The notes beneath the pieces were generated by a model. It made no database searches and was not told the DNA's origin. It was given only the letters and a program-made list of their open reading frames with translations. From Candidatus Saccharimonadia bacterium (GTDB taxonomy: Bacteria; Patescibacteriota; SICC01), in NCBI GenBank assembly GCA_025449535.1, contig JANWJF010000001.1, positions 677,136-741,135 on the forward strand: a stretch of DNA of 64,000 nucleotides, read 5' to 3'. Position numbers and translations under genes: made by a program. Shown here in pieces: positions 16,815 to 27,179 of the stretch (within the stretch, counting starts at the first letter, position 1; the number at the start of each line of letters is the position of its first letter).

Positions 16815-16910
16815 GGAGGAGTGGCAGAGCGGTTGAATGCAGCGGCCTCTAAAGCCGTCAGTTCCCCGCCGGGGAACTTCCCACCAAGGGTTCGAATCCC
16901 TTCTCCTCCG
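16815..16910 (+). tRNA. type-II (long variable arm) tRNA with anticodon CUA; Ser-like identity (G73 discriminator, GGAGGAG acceptor stem); predicted amber-suppressor tRNA-Ser(CUA), or a pseudogene
   Basis: Manual fold: acceptor GGAGGAG/CTCCTCC (an 8th C-G pair is possible), U8, 3-bp D stem with an AGCGG…GG loop, anticodon stem GCGGC/GCCGU, loop CUCUAAA (34-36 = CUA, A37 A38), ~27-nt variable arm with a GTTCCCC/GGGGAAC stem, T-arm AAGGG-TTCGAAT-CCCTT; one base away from a Ser-CGA anticodon loop. Confidence 0.55.
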
Positions 16911-17510
16911 TTCCGGGTGCTGGCGTTCATCGCTGGAACTCACTGTTTATGAGATTGCGGGTAACACCGCCCCCGGAGTCACTTGCTGCGCAAGCAGCAC
17001 CTGCTGCGTACGGACCCGTTCGACTGGGGACCGTACTCAGGTCGGCGCGTGGCTTTTAGAGCCAGGTCGCGTGCCGGATCTTCTCCCTCGGTCGATCCGA
17101 CCAGGGAAATCGTGCGCCGAACTGTCAGGGACGGCGTCCGCAGCGCGAACGAACCGCGCCGCGACCACGAAGCGATCCATCGGGCGATAGGGGCGATGGA
17201 ATCGCAGCAGTGCCGTCGTTTCGTCCGTGCTCCGAGACGACGGTGGGCCTCAACTCATCAGGCCTATGACGGTCCGGGAGCCGGTATCTGAGACCTCGAC
17301 CTCAGCTGCCACCAAAAGGCTCCCGGACCGGAACTTCCCCCAGCACGCGGCCACGACCCATCTCGGGTTCGACACATCAGCCGCTTTCCGACTTCGCAGA
17401 CCATCCAATCTCCGAAGACTTGAATACGAAGCTCGCAAGCCTTCACCGGCGCCCCACGCGAGCTTCTTTCAATTGTGCTCGGAATCCTGCCGGATAGTAC
17501 GATTAGGGGC

Positions 17511-18203
17511 ATGAAGATCGATGTCGTCACATTGTTTCCCGACTACCTGACCGGACCGCTCGGTCAAAGCATGATGCGCAAGGCCTCCGAATCCGGGTTG
17601 GTCGAGTTCGGCGTGCACGACCTCCGGCAGTGGGGCATCGGCAAGCGCCGGACGGTCGACGGGATCCCGTATGGCGGCGGCGCCGGCATGGTGCTGCGAC
17701 CGGAGCCGCTGTTCAGGGCGTTCACGGAGCTGCAGAGCCCGGACATGCACCGGATCTATCTGACACCGCAAGGCAAGCGGTTCGAACAGTCCGACGCGGA
17801 ACGACTCGCCAAGCACAAGCACCTGATCCTCCTGGCCGGCCGGTACGAGGGGGTCGACGGTCGCGTCCGCGACCGGCTGGTCGACGAGGAACTCTCAATC
17901 GGCGATTACGTCCTCACCGGCGGGGAACTACCGGCGTTGGTGGTGATCGACGCCGTGGTCCGGCACGTGCCGGGCGTGCTCGGCGACGAGCGTTCGAGCC
18001 AGGAAGAGACGTTCTCGGAACCGCTCGGCGGCGGTTTGGAATATCCGCACTATACCCGGCCGGAAATCTTCAAGGATCCCCAGACCGGCAAGCAGCTGAA
18101 GGTCCCGGACGTGCTACTCACCGGGCATCACGCGGACATCGAGAAGTGGCGGAAGGAGCAGTCCAAGGCCGCTACGCGGTCCCGGCGTCCCGACCTGACC
18201 TAG
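17511..18203 (+). CDS. trmD: tRNA (guanine37-N1)-methyltransferase
   Basis: MKIDVVTLFPDY…GYEGVD… SPOUT motifs; ATG at 17511, within the longer track ORF. Confidence 0.9.
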   Translation: MKIDVVTLFPDYLTGPLGQSMMRKASESGLVEFGVHDLRQWGIGKRRTVDGIPYGGGAGMVLRPEPLFRAFTELQSPDMHRIYLTPQGKRFEQSDAERLAKHKHLILLAGRYEGVDGRVRDRLVDEELSIGDYVLTGGELPALVVIDAVVRHVPGVLGDERSSQEETFSEPLGGGLEYPHYTRPEIFKDPQTGKQLKVPDVLLTGHHADIEKWRKEQSKAATRSRRPDLT

Positions 18204-18456
18204 ATTGCTCAAACACCCTATCCGGTGCTTGAATCATCGCGTTACTTACTCCATCGCTCAACGGGTCGATGGCATCCATGCCATGCACCAAACCTTCCCT
18301 GAGCACATGGGCCAAGTCGAACAGCGTCCGATCGAGCTCTTCGCGTGTTTCCGGGTCCAGAGCTTCGAGGTCGAGACCTTCGATTTCGAGCGTCAGTTTC
18401 GCGGCCGGCTTGGCGACCGCTTCGGCTTCGATCCGTCCTGCTGATTCTTCTGCCAT
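18172..18456 (-). CDS. small acidic hypothetical protein (94 aa)
   Basis: ORF whose 3' end overlaps the trmD 3' end in antisense; second gene of a two-gene minus-strand unit. Confidence 0.35.
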   Translation of the reverse strand: MAEESAGRIEAEAVAKPAAKLTLEIEGLDLEALDPETREELDRTLFDLAHVLREGLVHGMDAIDPLSDGVSNAMIQAPDRVFEQSRSGRDAGTA

Positions 18457-18489
18457 GAGCTTATAGGAGGTTCGTGGCCATAGTACCGC

Positions 18490-19206
18490 TCATTTCGTGA
18501 ACGCGTGGAGTGTCAGATGCTTCTCGATGGCCAAGGCGGCCCGGGCCAACCCGTGCCGTCCTTCCGTACCCGCGATCTCGGAGGCCCGCAACCGGACCGC
18601 CATACCCCGGCCTTCCGCTTCGATTTCACCTTGGCCTACCTCGATTTCTGCCAGATTCCTGCCGTTCTCGTCGAAGCAATACTGGGCCAGCACCCGACCG
18701 ATGACGGAGTGTTCCAGTCCCTCCGCTTCGCGTAAGCCGCGCCGTTCCAGCGTCCACTCCGCGTCGGGTCGCACTTGCCACTCCGGTGCCGCTCCCGCGA
18801 GCAATGATTCGAGCATGTCATCGGTGACCACCTCCGGTGCCGAACCTTCCAGGGCGAACTCGGCGCGTTCGATATCGAGTACCCGGGCGGCCACGGCGAC
18901 CTGTTCCGGCGTGGCGGGTTGGTGCGCAGCGGTCTCGATCTCCTCGGCCGTCTTGAGCAGTACCGCGGCCAGGCCCCGACGTTCCCGCGGCACGCGTTTG
19001 AAAAGGCCCTTCTTACGTTTGTCGTCCTTCGCGAAGTCCTTGCGCCAGCGATCGGCCCGCTTGCCCTCGTCGCGTTCCCCGGTTTCCAGCATGATCTCCA
19101 GATGTCGAGGGTCGATCGGCGGGCATCCCGAGTGCTCGCGCAGCCAGTCGTACGTCAGTTCCACCGTCCGACGTGACTGTGGGTCCTCCCGGACGAGAAC
19201 CAGCAA
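18490..19206 (-). CDS. hypothetical protein (238 aa; TTG start, N-terminus uncertain)
   Basis: Coding-like composition; the in-frame upstream stretch has no ATG or GTG. Confidence 0.45.
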   Translation of the reverse strand: MLVLVREDPQSRRTVELTYDWLREHSGCPPIDPRHLEIMLETGERDEGKRADRWRKDFAKDDKRKKGLFKRVPRERRGLAAVLLKTAEEIETAAHQPATPEQVAVAARVLDIERAEFALEGSAPEVVTDDMLESLLAGAAPEWQVRPDAEWTLERRGLREAEGLEHSVIGRVLAQYCFDENGRNLAEIEVGQGEIEAEGRGMAVRLRASEIAGTEGRHGLARAALAIEKHLTLHAFTK

Positions 19207-19392
19207 CGCTTGGATGCCCGGGTTGGCGAACGCTTCCTCGAACGTGTCCCGGTCCCAGGTGCCTGCTTCGCGCTCCTGTTCTCGCCGTGCTTCCCGGTAC
19301 CGGCGTAGCCGTTCCTCCCGTATCGGGTCCCAATCTCCGACTAATCCCTCTATGGTCGTTCCTTTCGCTTAACGGGCTATACTACCCTTCGC

Positions 19393-21396
19393 ATGCCGAA
19401 GTTTAAACTCCATTCCGAGTTCAAGCCCGCCGGCGACCAGCCGCAGGCGATCCGGCAGTTGGTGGCCGGATTAGGGAAGGGCGAGCGCGACCAGACGTTG
19501 CTCGGCGTGACCGGATCCGGGAAGACGTTCACGATGGCGAACATCGTCGAGCAGGTCCAGAAACCGACGCTGGTACTGGCGCACAACAAGACGCTGGCCG
19601 CACAACTGGCCGCCGAGTTCCGGGACTTCTTCCCGGAGAACGCGGTGCAGTACTTCGTGAGCTACTACGACTACTACCAACCGGAAGCGTACGTCCCGCA
19701 GTCCGACACCTACATTGAGAAGGACGCGGACATCAACGAGGAAATCGACAAGCTCCGCCACGCCGCGACGATGAGCCTGCTGACCCGGCCGGACGTCCTG
19801 ATCGTGGCGTCCGTCTCGTGCATCTACGGCCTCGGTTCGCCGTCCGACTACCAGAACGTGCACATCACCCTCAAGAAAGGCGACTCGCGAGATCGCGACA
19901 AACTGCTGCGCCAGATGATCGACCTGCAGTACGAGCGGAACGAGGTAGACTTCCGTCGCGGGCGGTTCCGGGTGAAGGGCGACGTCGTCGAGGTCTTCCC
20001 GGCGTACGAGGACTTCGCGTACAAGATCGACTTCTTCGGCGACGAGATTGAGAAGATCACCGCCATCGACTACCTCACCGGGGAGCTACTGGATGAGAAG
20101 GAGGAGCTGCATCTGTATCCCGCCAGCCACTGGGTGACCACTCCGGAGAAGCTGCCAGGGGCGATCAAGCAGATCGAGGCGGACCTGGACCTGCGGTTGA
20201 AGGAACTCACCGACATGGGCAAAGTCGTGGAAGCGGAACGGCTGAAGAGCCGGACGAACTACGACCTGGAGATGATCCGCGAGACCGGCTTCTGCTCCGG
20301 CATCGAGAACTACTCCCGGTACCTGGCCGGACGGAAGGCCGGGGAGCGCCCGAGCTGCTTACTCGACTACTTCCCGGACGACTACCTGATGTTCGTCGAC
20401 GAATCGCACATGACGATCCCGCAGGTCGGCGCGATGTACGAAGGGGACCGTTCGCGCAAACGGACGTTGGTGGACTTCGGGTTCCGGCTGCCCAGCGCGA
20501 TGGACAACCGCCCGCTCCGCTTCAGCGAGTTCGAGCGGCTCGTGAACCAGTCGATCTACGTCTCGGCCACACCGCGGGACTTCGAGATCTCGCGTTCGAA
20601 GGTCGTCGCCGAGCAAGTGGTCCGGCCGACGGGCCTGCTCGATCCGCCGGTGGACGTCCGGCCGACGGAAGACCAGATCGATGACCTGATCGGCGAGATC
20701 AAGGAGACGGTAAAGAAAGGCCAGCGCGCGTTGGTCACCACGCTGACGAAGAAGATGGCGGAGGACCTCTCCGAGTACCTGAAGGAAGCCGAGGTAAAGG
20801 TGACGTACCTGCACTCCGACATCGAGACGTTTGAACGGACGGAGATCCTGCGCGCCCTGCGGGCCGGCGAGTACGACGTCGTGGTCGGGATCAACCTGCT
20901 CCGGGAAGGCCTGGATCTGCCGGAAGTGTCGCTGGTGGCGATCCTGGACGCCGACAAGGAGGGCTTCCTGCGCAGTGATACCTCCCTGATCCAGACCATG
21001 GGCCGGGCCGCCCGGCACGTGGAAGGGCGGGTGATCATGTACGCCGACCGGGTCACCGACTCGATGCGGCGAGCGATGGACGAGACCAAGCGCCGCCGCG
21101 GGAAGCAGGAAACCTACAACAAGAAGCACGGCATCACGCCGCAAGGGATCAAGAAGAAGATCGCGGAAGGGATCCGAGCCGAGGAGCGCGTGGAGGAAGA
21201 GGAGGTCGCGGAGATACTTGCCGATGCGAAGAAGCACGTCGACCTGCCGCCGGAACAGATGCAGCGGTACCTGCACGACCTCAAGGTGCAGATGGAGATG
21301 GCGGCGGAGAATCTGGAGTTCGAGAAGGCGGCTGCGCTACGCGACAGGATCTCGGAACTCAAGAAGAAGTCGAAGCATACTGGCGCGGCGAAGTAG
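19393..21396 (+). CDS. uvrB: excinuclease ABC subunit B
   Basis: GVTGSGKT Walker A, helicase motifs, C-terminal UVR domain ([14 protein letters not shown]); TATACT hexamer 9 nt upstream of the ATG. Confidence 0.95.
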   Translation: MPKFKLHSEFKPAGDQPQAIRQLVAGLGKGERDQTLLGVTGSGKTFTMANIVEQVQKPTLVLAHNKTLAAQLAAEFRDFFPENAVQYFVSYYDYYQPEAYVPQSDTYIEKDADINEEIDKLRHAATMSLLTRPDVLIVASVSCIYGLGSPSDYQNVHITLKKGDSRDRDKLLRQMIDLQYERNEVDFRRGRFRVKGDVVEVFPAYEDFAYKIDFFGDEIEKITAIDYLTGELLDEKEELHLYPASHWVTTPEKLPGAIKQIEADLDLRLKELTDMGKVVEAERLKSRTNYDLEMIRETGFCSGIENYSRYLAGRKAGERPSCLLDYFPDDYLMFVDESHMTIPQVGAMYEGDRSRKRTLVDFGFRLPSAMDNRPLRFSEFERLVNQSIYVSATPRDFEISRSKVVAEQVVRPTGLLDPPVDVRPTEDQIDDLIGEIKETVKKGQRALVTTLTKKMAEDLSEYLKEAEVKVTYLHSDIETFERTEILRALRAGEYDVVVGINLLREGLDLPEVSLVAILDADKEGFLRSDTSLIQTMGRAARHVEGRVIMYADRVTDSMRRAMDETKRRRGKQETYNKKHGITPQGIKKKIAEGIRAEERVEEEEVAEILADAKKHVDLPPEQMQRYLHDLKVQMEMAAENLEFEKAAALRDRISELKKKSKHTGAAK

Positions 21397-21399
21397 TCC

Positions 21400-21756
21400 T
21401 CACCCCGACGCTTCGCGAAGTACGCGGGTCAAATCTTTAATTAGGTCGAGACTAGCCTTTCGGCCATGCTCGTCGTATAGTCTGCCACCTCTCAGCTCCA
21501 ATTTGGTTGCCTTACCATTGCCGTCAGTATGGGTGGCTCGATAACCGTATACATTCACTTCCCAAGCTTTACGCCACGAATCGGTTGCTTTATCCCAGCT
21601 CGTAGGGATGTCAGTGACGTTGCCTTCTCCATCGTGTGGGATACCAGGACTCCAGGCATGTCCCAGCTCGAGTAGTAAATCGTCACGTTCACTCGGAACG
21701 TTCTGGATTTCGAGATCCTTGCTGCCTTCAATGCCCATGGCAAGCAATCCTTGCAA
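21400..21756 (-). CDS. hypothetical protein (118 aa) on a ~50% GC patch
   Basis: ORF convergent with uvrB; lower GC than the surroundings. Confidence 0.4.
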   Translation of the reverse strand: MQGLLAMGIEGSKDLEIQNVPSERDDLLLELGHAWSPGIPHDGEGNVTDIPTSWDKATDSWRKAWEVNVYGYRATHTDGNGKATKLELRGGRLYDEHGRKASLDLIKDLTRVLREASG

Positions 21757-21771
21757 AGATGAAGAAGGAAA

Positions 21772-22302
21772 TCAACTCTGGAACGGCAACGCGTGGATCA
21801 AGTCGTCTGTCGAGCCGGCGCCCTCCTGGAAGTGTTCATGCTCGGCCGGTGGCAGCCCGATCAACGGGTAGAAGTGGAGCACGTCCGTTCGGACCAGGAA
21901 TCCGATAGCGCCATCCCCGGAGCGCACCGGAGCGGGGGGCATGGCTTTCTTCGCCTGCTGCAGCTTCGTCGCGTAGTCCAGCGTCTCGTCCTTGCCTGCT
22001 GCTTCCGGCAGGCGCAATATGCTGATCGCCCGGTGGCCGGGCCCGTACACGATCGGGCCGTCCTCACCCGGCTCCGCCGTCGCGAAGACGAACTGCGGAT
22101 GGACGGTCTGGCCCGGTTGGGCCTCGGCGGCCGGGACCGTGGCTTCCAGCGCCATCCGTTCGCTGATGTGCGAGAGGTCGGGTACCGGTCGGTTCGGCGT
22201 CACCGACACCGTCAACTCGCCGCGCTTCCCGGAAAACCCGAAGACCACCCGGCGGGTGACGGGGGCTGTGTTTCCGTCTCCCCAGAACTCTCCGGTCATC
22301 AC
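21772..22302 (-). CDS. hypothetical protein (176 aa)
   Basis: ORF with coding composition; adjacent to a small upstream membrane peptide. Confidence 0.45.
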   Translation of the reverse strand: MMTGEFWGDGNTAPVTRRVVFGFSGKRGELTVSVTPNRPVPDLSHISERMALEATVPAAEAQPGQTVHPQFVFATAEPGEDGPIVYGPGHRAISILRLPEAAGKDETLDYATKLQQAKKAMPPAPVRSGDGAIGFLVRTDVLHFYPLIGLPPAEHEHFQEGAGSTDDLIHALPFQS

Positions 22303-22304
22303 GC

Positions 22305-22417
22305 TAGGTGATTAACAGGGCGCCGAGCAGGAGCGAGGAGATGACCACCGGCAGCAGCAGGAGCTTGATCGATCCGGCCGAGCGGTTGTCGAGGTCAGTC
22401 GTGTTTTCGATGTCCTT
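22305..22417 (-). CDS. small membrane peptide (37 aa, MKDIENTTDLDNRSAGSIKLLLLPVVISSLLLGALLIT)
   Basis: Short ORF with a hydrophobic C-terminus directly upstream of 21772..22302 on the same strand; below the track size cutoff. Confidence 0.25.
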
Positions 22418-22562
22418 CATGTGGTGTAAACGGTACCAAGACCCATACTACCCATAGATAGGGTCGGCGCAATATCGCGTACCGGGGCTATAACCTTGAC
22501 CTAGCACGCGATGCGACGATATACTGGGTCAATCTGTGATTGACTTATTTTTGGCTTCGTAA

Positions 22563-25433
22563 ATGCAGAAACTTACCGTCCGAGGTGCTCGCGAGCATAA
22601 CCTCCAGAATGTCGACCTGGAGATCCCGCGTGACAAGCTGGTGGTCTTCACCGGGCTGTCCGGATCCGGCAAAAGCTCGTTGGCGTTCGACACGATCTAC
22701 GCGGAAGGCCAGCGCCGGTACGTGGAGTCCCTGTCCGCGTATGCCCGTCAGTTCCTCGGGCTGATGGAGAAGCCGGACGTGGATCAGATCGACGGGCTCA
22801 GCCCCGCGATCTCGATTGACCAAAAGTCCGCTTCACGCAATCCGCGCTCGACCGTCGGCACCGTGACCGAGGTCTACGACTACCTGCGGCTGCTGTTCTC
22901 CCGGATCGGGACGCCGCACTGTCCGATTTGCACGGCGGAAGTGCGTCGCCAGACGCCGACCGAAGTGGCGGATCAAATCCGTAAACTCCCCGCCGGTACC
23001 AAGCTGATGCTGCTTGGACCGGTGGTCATCGACCGGAAAGGCGAGCACGAGAAGATCTTCGAGAAGCTTCAGAAGGGCGGCTTCTCGCGCGTCCGGGTGG
23101 ACGGTACCGTCCGGGAGCTGGCGGACGACTTCCCGAAGCTCGACAAGAAGAAGAAACATACGATCGAGGCCGTCGTCGACCGACTGATCATCAAGCCGGA
23201 CCTGGGCAACCGCCTGTTCGACTCCGTCCAGACGGCGCTCGGCGTCGGCGAAGGGACGATGTTCGTGGAATCGGTCGAGGGCGCCAAGAAGAAGCCCACG
23301 AAGTGGCGCTTCTCCGAGGATTACGCCTGTCCGAACGGCCACCCGTCGCTGCCGCCGCTGGAGCCGCGCTCCTTCTCGTTCAACAGTCCGCACGGCGCCT
23401 GCCCGCGCTGCACGGGACTCGGCTCGCGTCTGGAGGTCGACCCGAAGAAGTGCATCCCGAACACCCGGCTGACCCTGGCGGAAGGCGCGATCCGGCCCTG
23501 GAGTCGGACCACCTCCCGGATGACCTGGTACTCACGACTGCTCGAGGGCCTGTCGGAAGCGCTCGACTTCTCGCTGGACACGCCGGTCGGCGGCCTGCCG
23601 CCGGGCGTGATCAAGGCGATCTTCCACGGCGTCGAAGGTGAGATCACGGTCCGGCAGGGCAGCCGGACGTTCAAGACGACCTATGAAGGCGTCGCGCCGA
23701 ACCTGGAGCGCCGTCACCGCGAGACGGAATCCGACTACGTCCGCAAGGAGATCGAGAAGTACATGACGTTGAAGCCATGTCCGCTCTGCAAGGGCAAGCG
23801 GCTGCGGCCGGAAATCCTCGGCGTGAGCATCGCCGACAAGTCGATCGTCGACGTGTCCGAGCTACCGGTGGACGAGGCGCAGAAGTACTTCTCGGGACTC
23901 CAGCTCACGGACAAGCAGAAACAGATCGCCAAGCAGATCTGCAAGGAGATCCGGGAGCGCCTGAAGTTCCTGGAGGACGTCGGGCTCGGGTACCTGACCC
24001 TGTCCCGCGCGGCCAACACGCTCTCCGGCGGCGAGGCGCAACGGATCCGCCTGGCGACCCAGATCGGATCGGCGCTGATGGGGGTCCTCTACATCCTCGA
24101 CGAGCCGAGCATCGGCCTGCACCAGCGGGACAACGCCAAGCTGATCGCCACGCTGCAGACGCTGCGCGACCTCGGTAACACGGTGATCGTCGTCGAGCAC
24201 GACCGGGAGACGATGGAAGCCGCGGACTGGCTGGTGGACATCGGCCCGGGCGCCGGTGAGCACGGCGGGAAGATCATCGCCCAAGGTGCACCGAAGAAGG
24301 TACGCGAGTCCAAGCGTTCGATCACCGGGCGGTACCTGCGTGGCGAGGACGACATCGACCTGCCGGCCAAGCGGCGCGAGGGCAACGGTCATGCCATCCG
24401 GGTGGTCGGCGCCAAGGAGAACAACCTGTGTGACCTCACGGTGGAGTTCCCGCTCGGCAAGTTCGTGACGGTGACCGGCGTGTCCGGCTCCGGCAAGAGC
24501 TCGCTGGTCGACCAGATCCTCTCGAAGAAACTCGCCCAACACTTCCATCGGGCGCAGGAAGTCCCCGGGGAGCATGAGGCGGTGGAGGGCCTGGAGCACC
24601 TCAATAAAGTGATTACCATCGACCAGTCGCCGATCGGCCGGACGCCGCGATCCAATCCCGCGACCTACACCGGGGTCTTCACGAACATCCGTGACCTGTT
24701 CGCGGCTACCAACGAGGCGAAGATGCGCGGCTATTCCGCCGGGCGGTTCAGCTTCAACGTGAAGGGCGGCCGCTGCGAGCACTGCCGCGGGGACGGCGTG
24801 ATCAAGATCGAGATGCACTTCCTGCCGGACGTCTACGTTCCGTGCGAGGAATGCCATGGCAAGCGGTACAACAAGGAGGCGCTGGAGATCCACTACAAGG
24901 GCAAGACCATCGCCGACGTGTTGGAGATGACGATCGAGAAGGCGGCCGCGTTCTTCGAGCACATCCCGGTGATCAAGCAGAAGCTCGGCACGCTGAACGA
25001 CGTCGGACTCGGGTACATGCGGCTCGGCCAGCCGGCGACGACGCTCTCCGGCGGCGAGGCCCAACGGATCAAGTTGGCCACCGAGTTGTCCCGCCGGGCC
25101 ACCGGCCAGACGCTCTACATCCTCGACGAGCCGACCACCGGCCTGCACTTCGAGGACATCAAGCGGTTGCTCGAGGTCCTGAACCGACTGGTCGACATGG
25201 GCAACACGCTGCTCGTGATCGAGCACAACCTGGACGTGATCAAGACCGCCGACCACGTGATCGACCTCGGCCCCGATGGTGGCAACGCCGGGGGGCAGAT
25301 CGTCGCCCAGGGGACGCCGGAGACCGTCTCCAAGGTGAAGCAGTCCTACACCGGCAAGTACCTCGTCGACGAGCTCAAGCGCTCCAAGAAGGCGCCGCCG
25401 AAGAAGTACACCAGCCACCCGGTCACGGCGTAA
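22563..25433 (+). CDS. uvrA: excinuclease ABC subunit A
   Basis: Two ABC ATPase modules ([20 protein letters not shown]), LSGGEAQR signatures, zinc-finger CxxC pairs; 956 aa. Confidence 0.95.
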   Translation: MQKLTVRGAREHNLQNVDLEIPRDKLVVFTGLSGSGKSSLAFDTIYAEGQRRYVESLSAYARQFLGLMEKPDVDQIDGLSPAISIDQKSASRNPRSTVGTVTEVYDYLRLLFSRIGTPHCPICTAEVRRQTPTEVADQIRKLPAGTKLMLLGPVVIDRKGEHEKIFEKLQKGGFSRVRVDGTVRELADDFPKLDKKKKHTIEAVVDRLIIKPDLGNRLFDSVQTALGVGEGTMFVESVEGAKKKPTKWRFSEDYACPNGHPSLPPLEPRSFSFNSPHGACPRCTGLGSRLEVDPKKCIPNTRLTLAEGAIRPWSRTTSRMTWYSRLLEGLSEALDFSLDTPVGGLPPGVIKAIFHGVEGEITVRQGSRTFKTTYEGVAPNLERRHRETESDYVRKEIEKYMTLKPCPLCKGKRLRPEILGVSIADKSIVDVSELPVDEAQKYFSGLQLTDKQKQIAKQICKEIRERLKFLEDVGLGYLTLSRAANTLSGGEAQRIRLATQIGSALMGVLYILDEPSIGLHQRDNAKLIATLQTLRDLGNTVIVVEHDRETMEAADWLVDIGPGAGEHGGKIIAQGAPKKVRESKRSITGRYLRGEDDIDLPAKRREGNGHAIRVVGAKENNLCDLTVEFPLGKFVTVTGVSGSGKSSLVDQILSKKLAQHFHRAQEVPGEHEAVEGLEHLNKVITIDQSPIGRTPRSNPATYTGVFTNIRDLFAATNEAKMRGYSAGRFSFNVKGGRCEHCRGDGVIKIEMHFLPDVYVPCEECHGKRYNKEALEIHYKGKTIADVLEMTIEKAAAFFEHIPVIKQKLGTLNDVGLGYMRLGQPATTLSGGEAQRIKLATELSRRATGQTLYILDEPTTGLHFEDIKRLLEVLNRLVDMGNTLLVIEHNLDVIKTADHVIDLGPDGGNAGGQIVAQGTPETVSKVKQSYTGKYLVDELKRSKKAPPKKYTSHPVTA

Positions 25434-25610
25434 CCGGCGATTTGAGCACTTGACGGATAGGCTAAAAAAGCCTATGATTTAGCGCTTTCTGAGTAAGGGA
25501 GGCCGTACGTTAATCTGAGGCGACCGAGGTCGCCTGAGGTAGGCGGACGAAAAACCGTTGCAAGGCGGCGCCTTGCGTAACAACTCACGAAAACGAAAAG
25601 GAGGTGCGTG

Positions 25611-27065
25611 ATGCCACGCATCGACGCCGTACGCGGTTTCTTCTCCAAAAAGAACGAAGCCGAGAAAGACAAGGAAGGCCCCGACCCGCTTCGGCGGATG
25701 ATCGGCACGATCAAAGACCGGGCGGGGCGGAGCGAGGTGCTGGTCCGGATATCCAAGGAGGCACCGGTCTACCTGAAGTACGCTGGAATACCGGTAATCG
25801 CGCTCCTCGGGCTCGTCCTGATGCTCCTCGGTCACATCCCGCTGGTGCTCACGGTGACGGGCCTCGGCCTGATTCTGTACCGGAAGTACCTCTGGGCGGC
25901 CTTGCCGCTGTTCGTCCTCGGTGTACTGGGGATGTTCGGATACGTGCTGGAAGTCGGTTCCGGCGGCATGAGCGAGGACGTCGACAACGGCTTCTTCATG
26001 GCCGCGCTTGGCATCTCGGTGATGCTCGGCGCCGTCGCCTATCTCCTCCGAGAGGACCGTCCGGCGATCCTGCTGGCGGGGCTCCTCGGATTCCTGGAGT
26101 GGGTGGCCTTGCAAGCACTGAGCCTTAGCGACTACAGCAACCTGTTCTACGTGGTCGTGTTCCTGGCCCTCGTGGGGGTCGCCTTCGTGGCGATCCTGCT
26201 GTTCAGCGAGACGTGGGACTCTGCCGCGGTAGCTGCGATCGGCCTGGCGGCGTTCCACGCGCTCTGGCTGCTGCTGAGCTCCGGGTCCGGTACGAACTTC
26301 GACACCCTCGGAGACGGCCGGTTCGAGCAGTTCCTCTGCGGAGGGCTGCTGGTGCTCCTGGCGGCCACGTTGCTGCTCGTACCGCAGCGGACTGGCACCA
26401 AGGACAAGTCGGAGGAAGAGACCGAGGAAACGGAGGAACGGCCGGTCGACGAGCCTCCGGAGGACGAACCGCCCGCGAGGGTGTTCGCGATGCCTCCGGC
26501 GTCGGACGAAGAGCCGCCGTTGGCGGAACCGGAACACGCGATCGAACCGTCACCACCGGAACCCGCGGTGACGCGCTCTCCGGGTGTCGACTACGGGTAC
26601 GTGGAAGACCAGCCCGCCGCGATCCAGCGGATCTGGGCCACACTGACCGACGAGCAGCGGGAACTCATCCCGGAACTGCTCCATTGGCAGCTCTACCGCG
26701 GGCCGGCGGCCAACGGCAGCGACCGGTACAACGAGGCGTTGGACCCTGGCCTCCGGGAACGTGCCGAACGATGTGGCCTGACGCCTCAGCAGTTCGCTGG
26801 AATCGCAGGCTCTAAGGCCGCCACCATCCTGGCCGCGCATGCGGACCGTGATGGCAAAATCCCGGACGGGGTCTGGCACGAGCCAGGTTCGGGACCCAGG
26901 ATCCTCGACCGCCTCATGGGTGGACTCAACAGGTTCGTGGGCGACCGCTACAAAATCGAAAAAGCTCAGCCTGAACCAGACGGCATTCGTCCAGCCATCC
27001 TCACGGAGCTACACATCACTCCGCGGGAGGTCGTCGAAGCGCATCAGCGTTTGGCCTACGGCTGA
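25611..27065 (+). CDS. polytopic membrane protein with an acidic/Pro-rich linker and a C-terminal soluble domain, hypothetical (484 aa)
   Basis: Ribosome-binding site aaaggagg 6 nt before the ATG; ~6 predicted transmembrane segments; lies between uvrA and uvrC. Confidence 0.55.
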   Translation: MPRIDAVRGFFSKKNEAEKDKEGPDPLRRMIGTIKDRAGRSEVLVRISKEAPVYLKYAGIPVIALLGLVLMLLGHIPLVLTVTGLGLILYRKYLWAALPLFVLGVLGMFGYVLEVGSGGMSEDVDNGFFMAALGISVMLGAVAYLLREDRPAILLAGLLGFLEWVALQALSLSDYSNLFYVVVFLALVGVAFVAILLFSETWDSAAVAAIGLAAFHALWLLLSSGSGTNFDTLGDGRFEQFLCGGLLVLLAATLLLVPQRTGTKDKSEEETEETEERPVDEPPEDEPPARVFAMPPASDEEPPLAEPEHAIEPSPPEPAVTRSPGVDYGYVEDQPAAIQRIWATLTDEQRELIPELLHWQLYRGPAANGSDRYNEALDPGLRERAERCGLTPQQFAGIAGSKAATILAAHADRDGKIPDGVWHEPGSGPRILDRLMGGLNRFVGDRYKIEKAQPEPDGIRPAILTELHITPREVVEAHQRLAYG

Positions 27066-27179
27066 AAAAAAGAAAGGGGGAATACGGGGTTGCGTCGCGC
27101 AAGCATTTTTCATGCGCGATGCGACCCCTTTTCCATTTGTGTCCGCTTTCCCGTCGCCGCACCCGGTACAATTGGCCTG

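Noticed and set aside
16815-16910. Interpretation of the CUA tRNA as tRNA-Sec (selC)
   Set aside because: The D arm has a 3-bp stem with a Ser/Leu-type loop, not the 6-bp D stem of tRNA-Sec, and the anticodon is CUA, not UCA. The optional 8th acceptor pair alone is insufficient.
16920-17480. Degenerate rimM pseudogene in the rimM gap
   Set aside because: Translation of all three forward frames gave no RimM-like segment (no GxxGxxGE, no PRC-barrel motifs). It is treated as noncoding.
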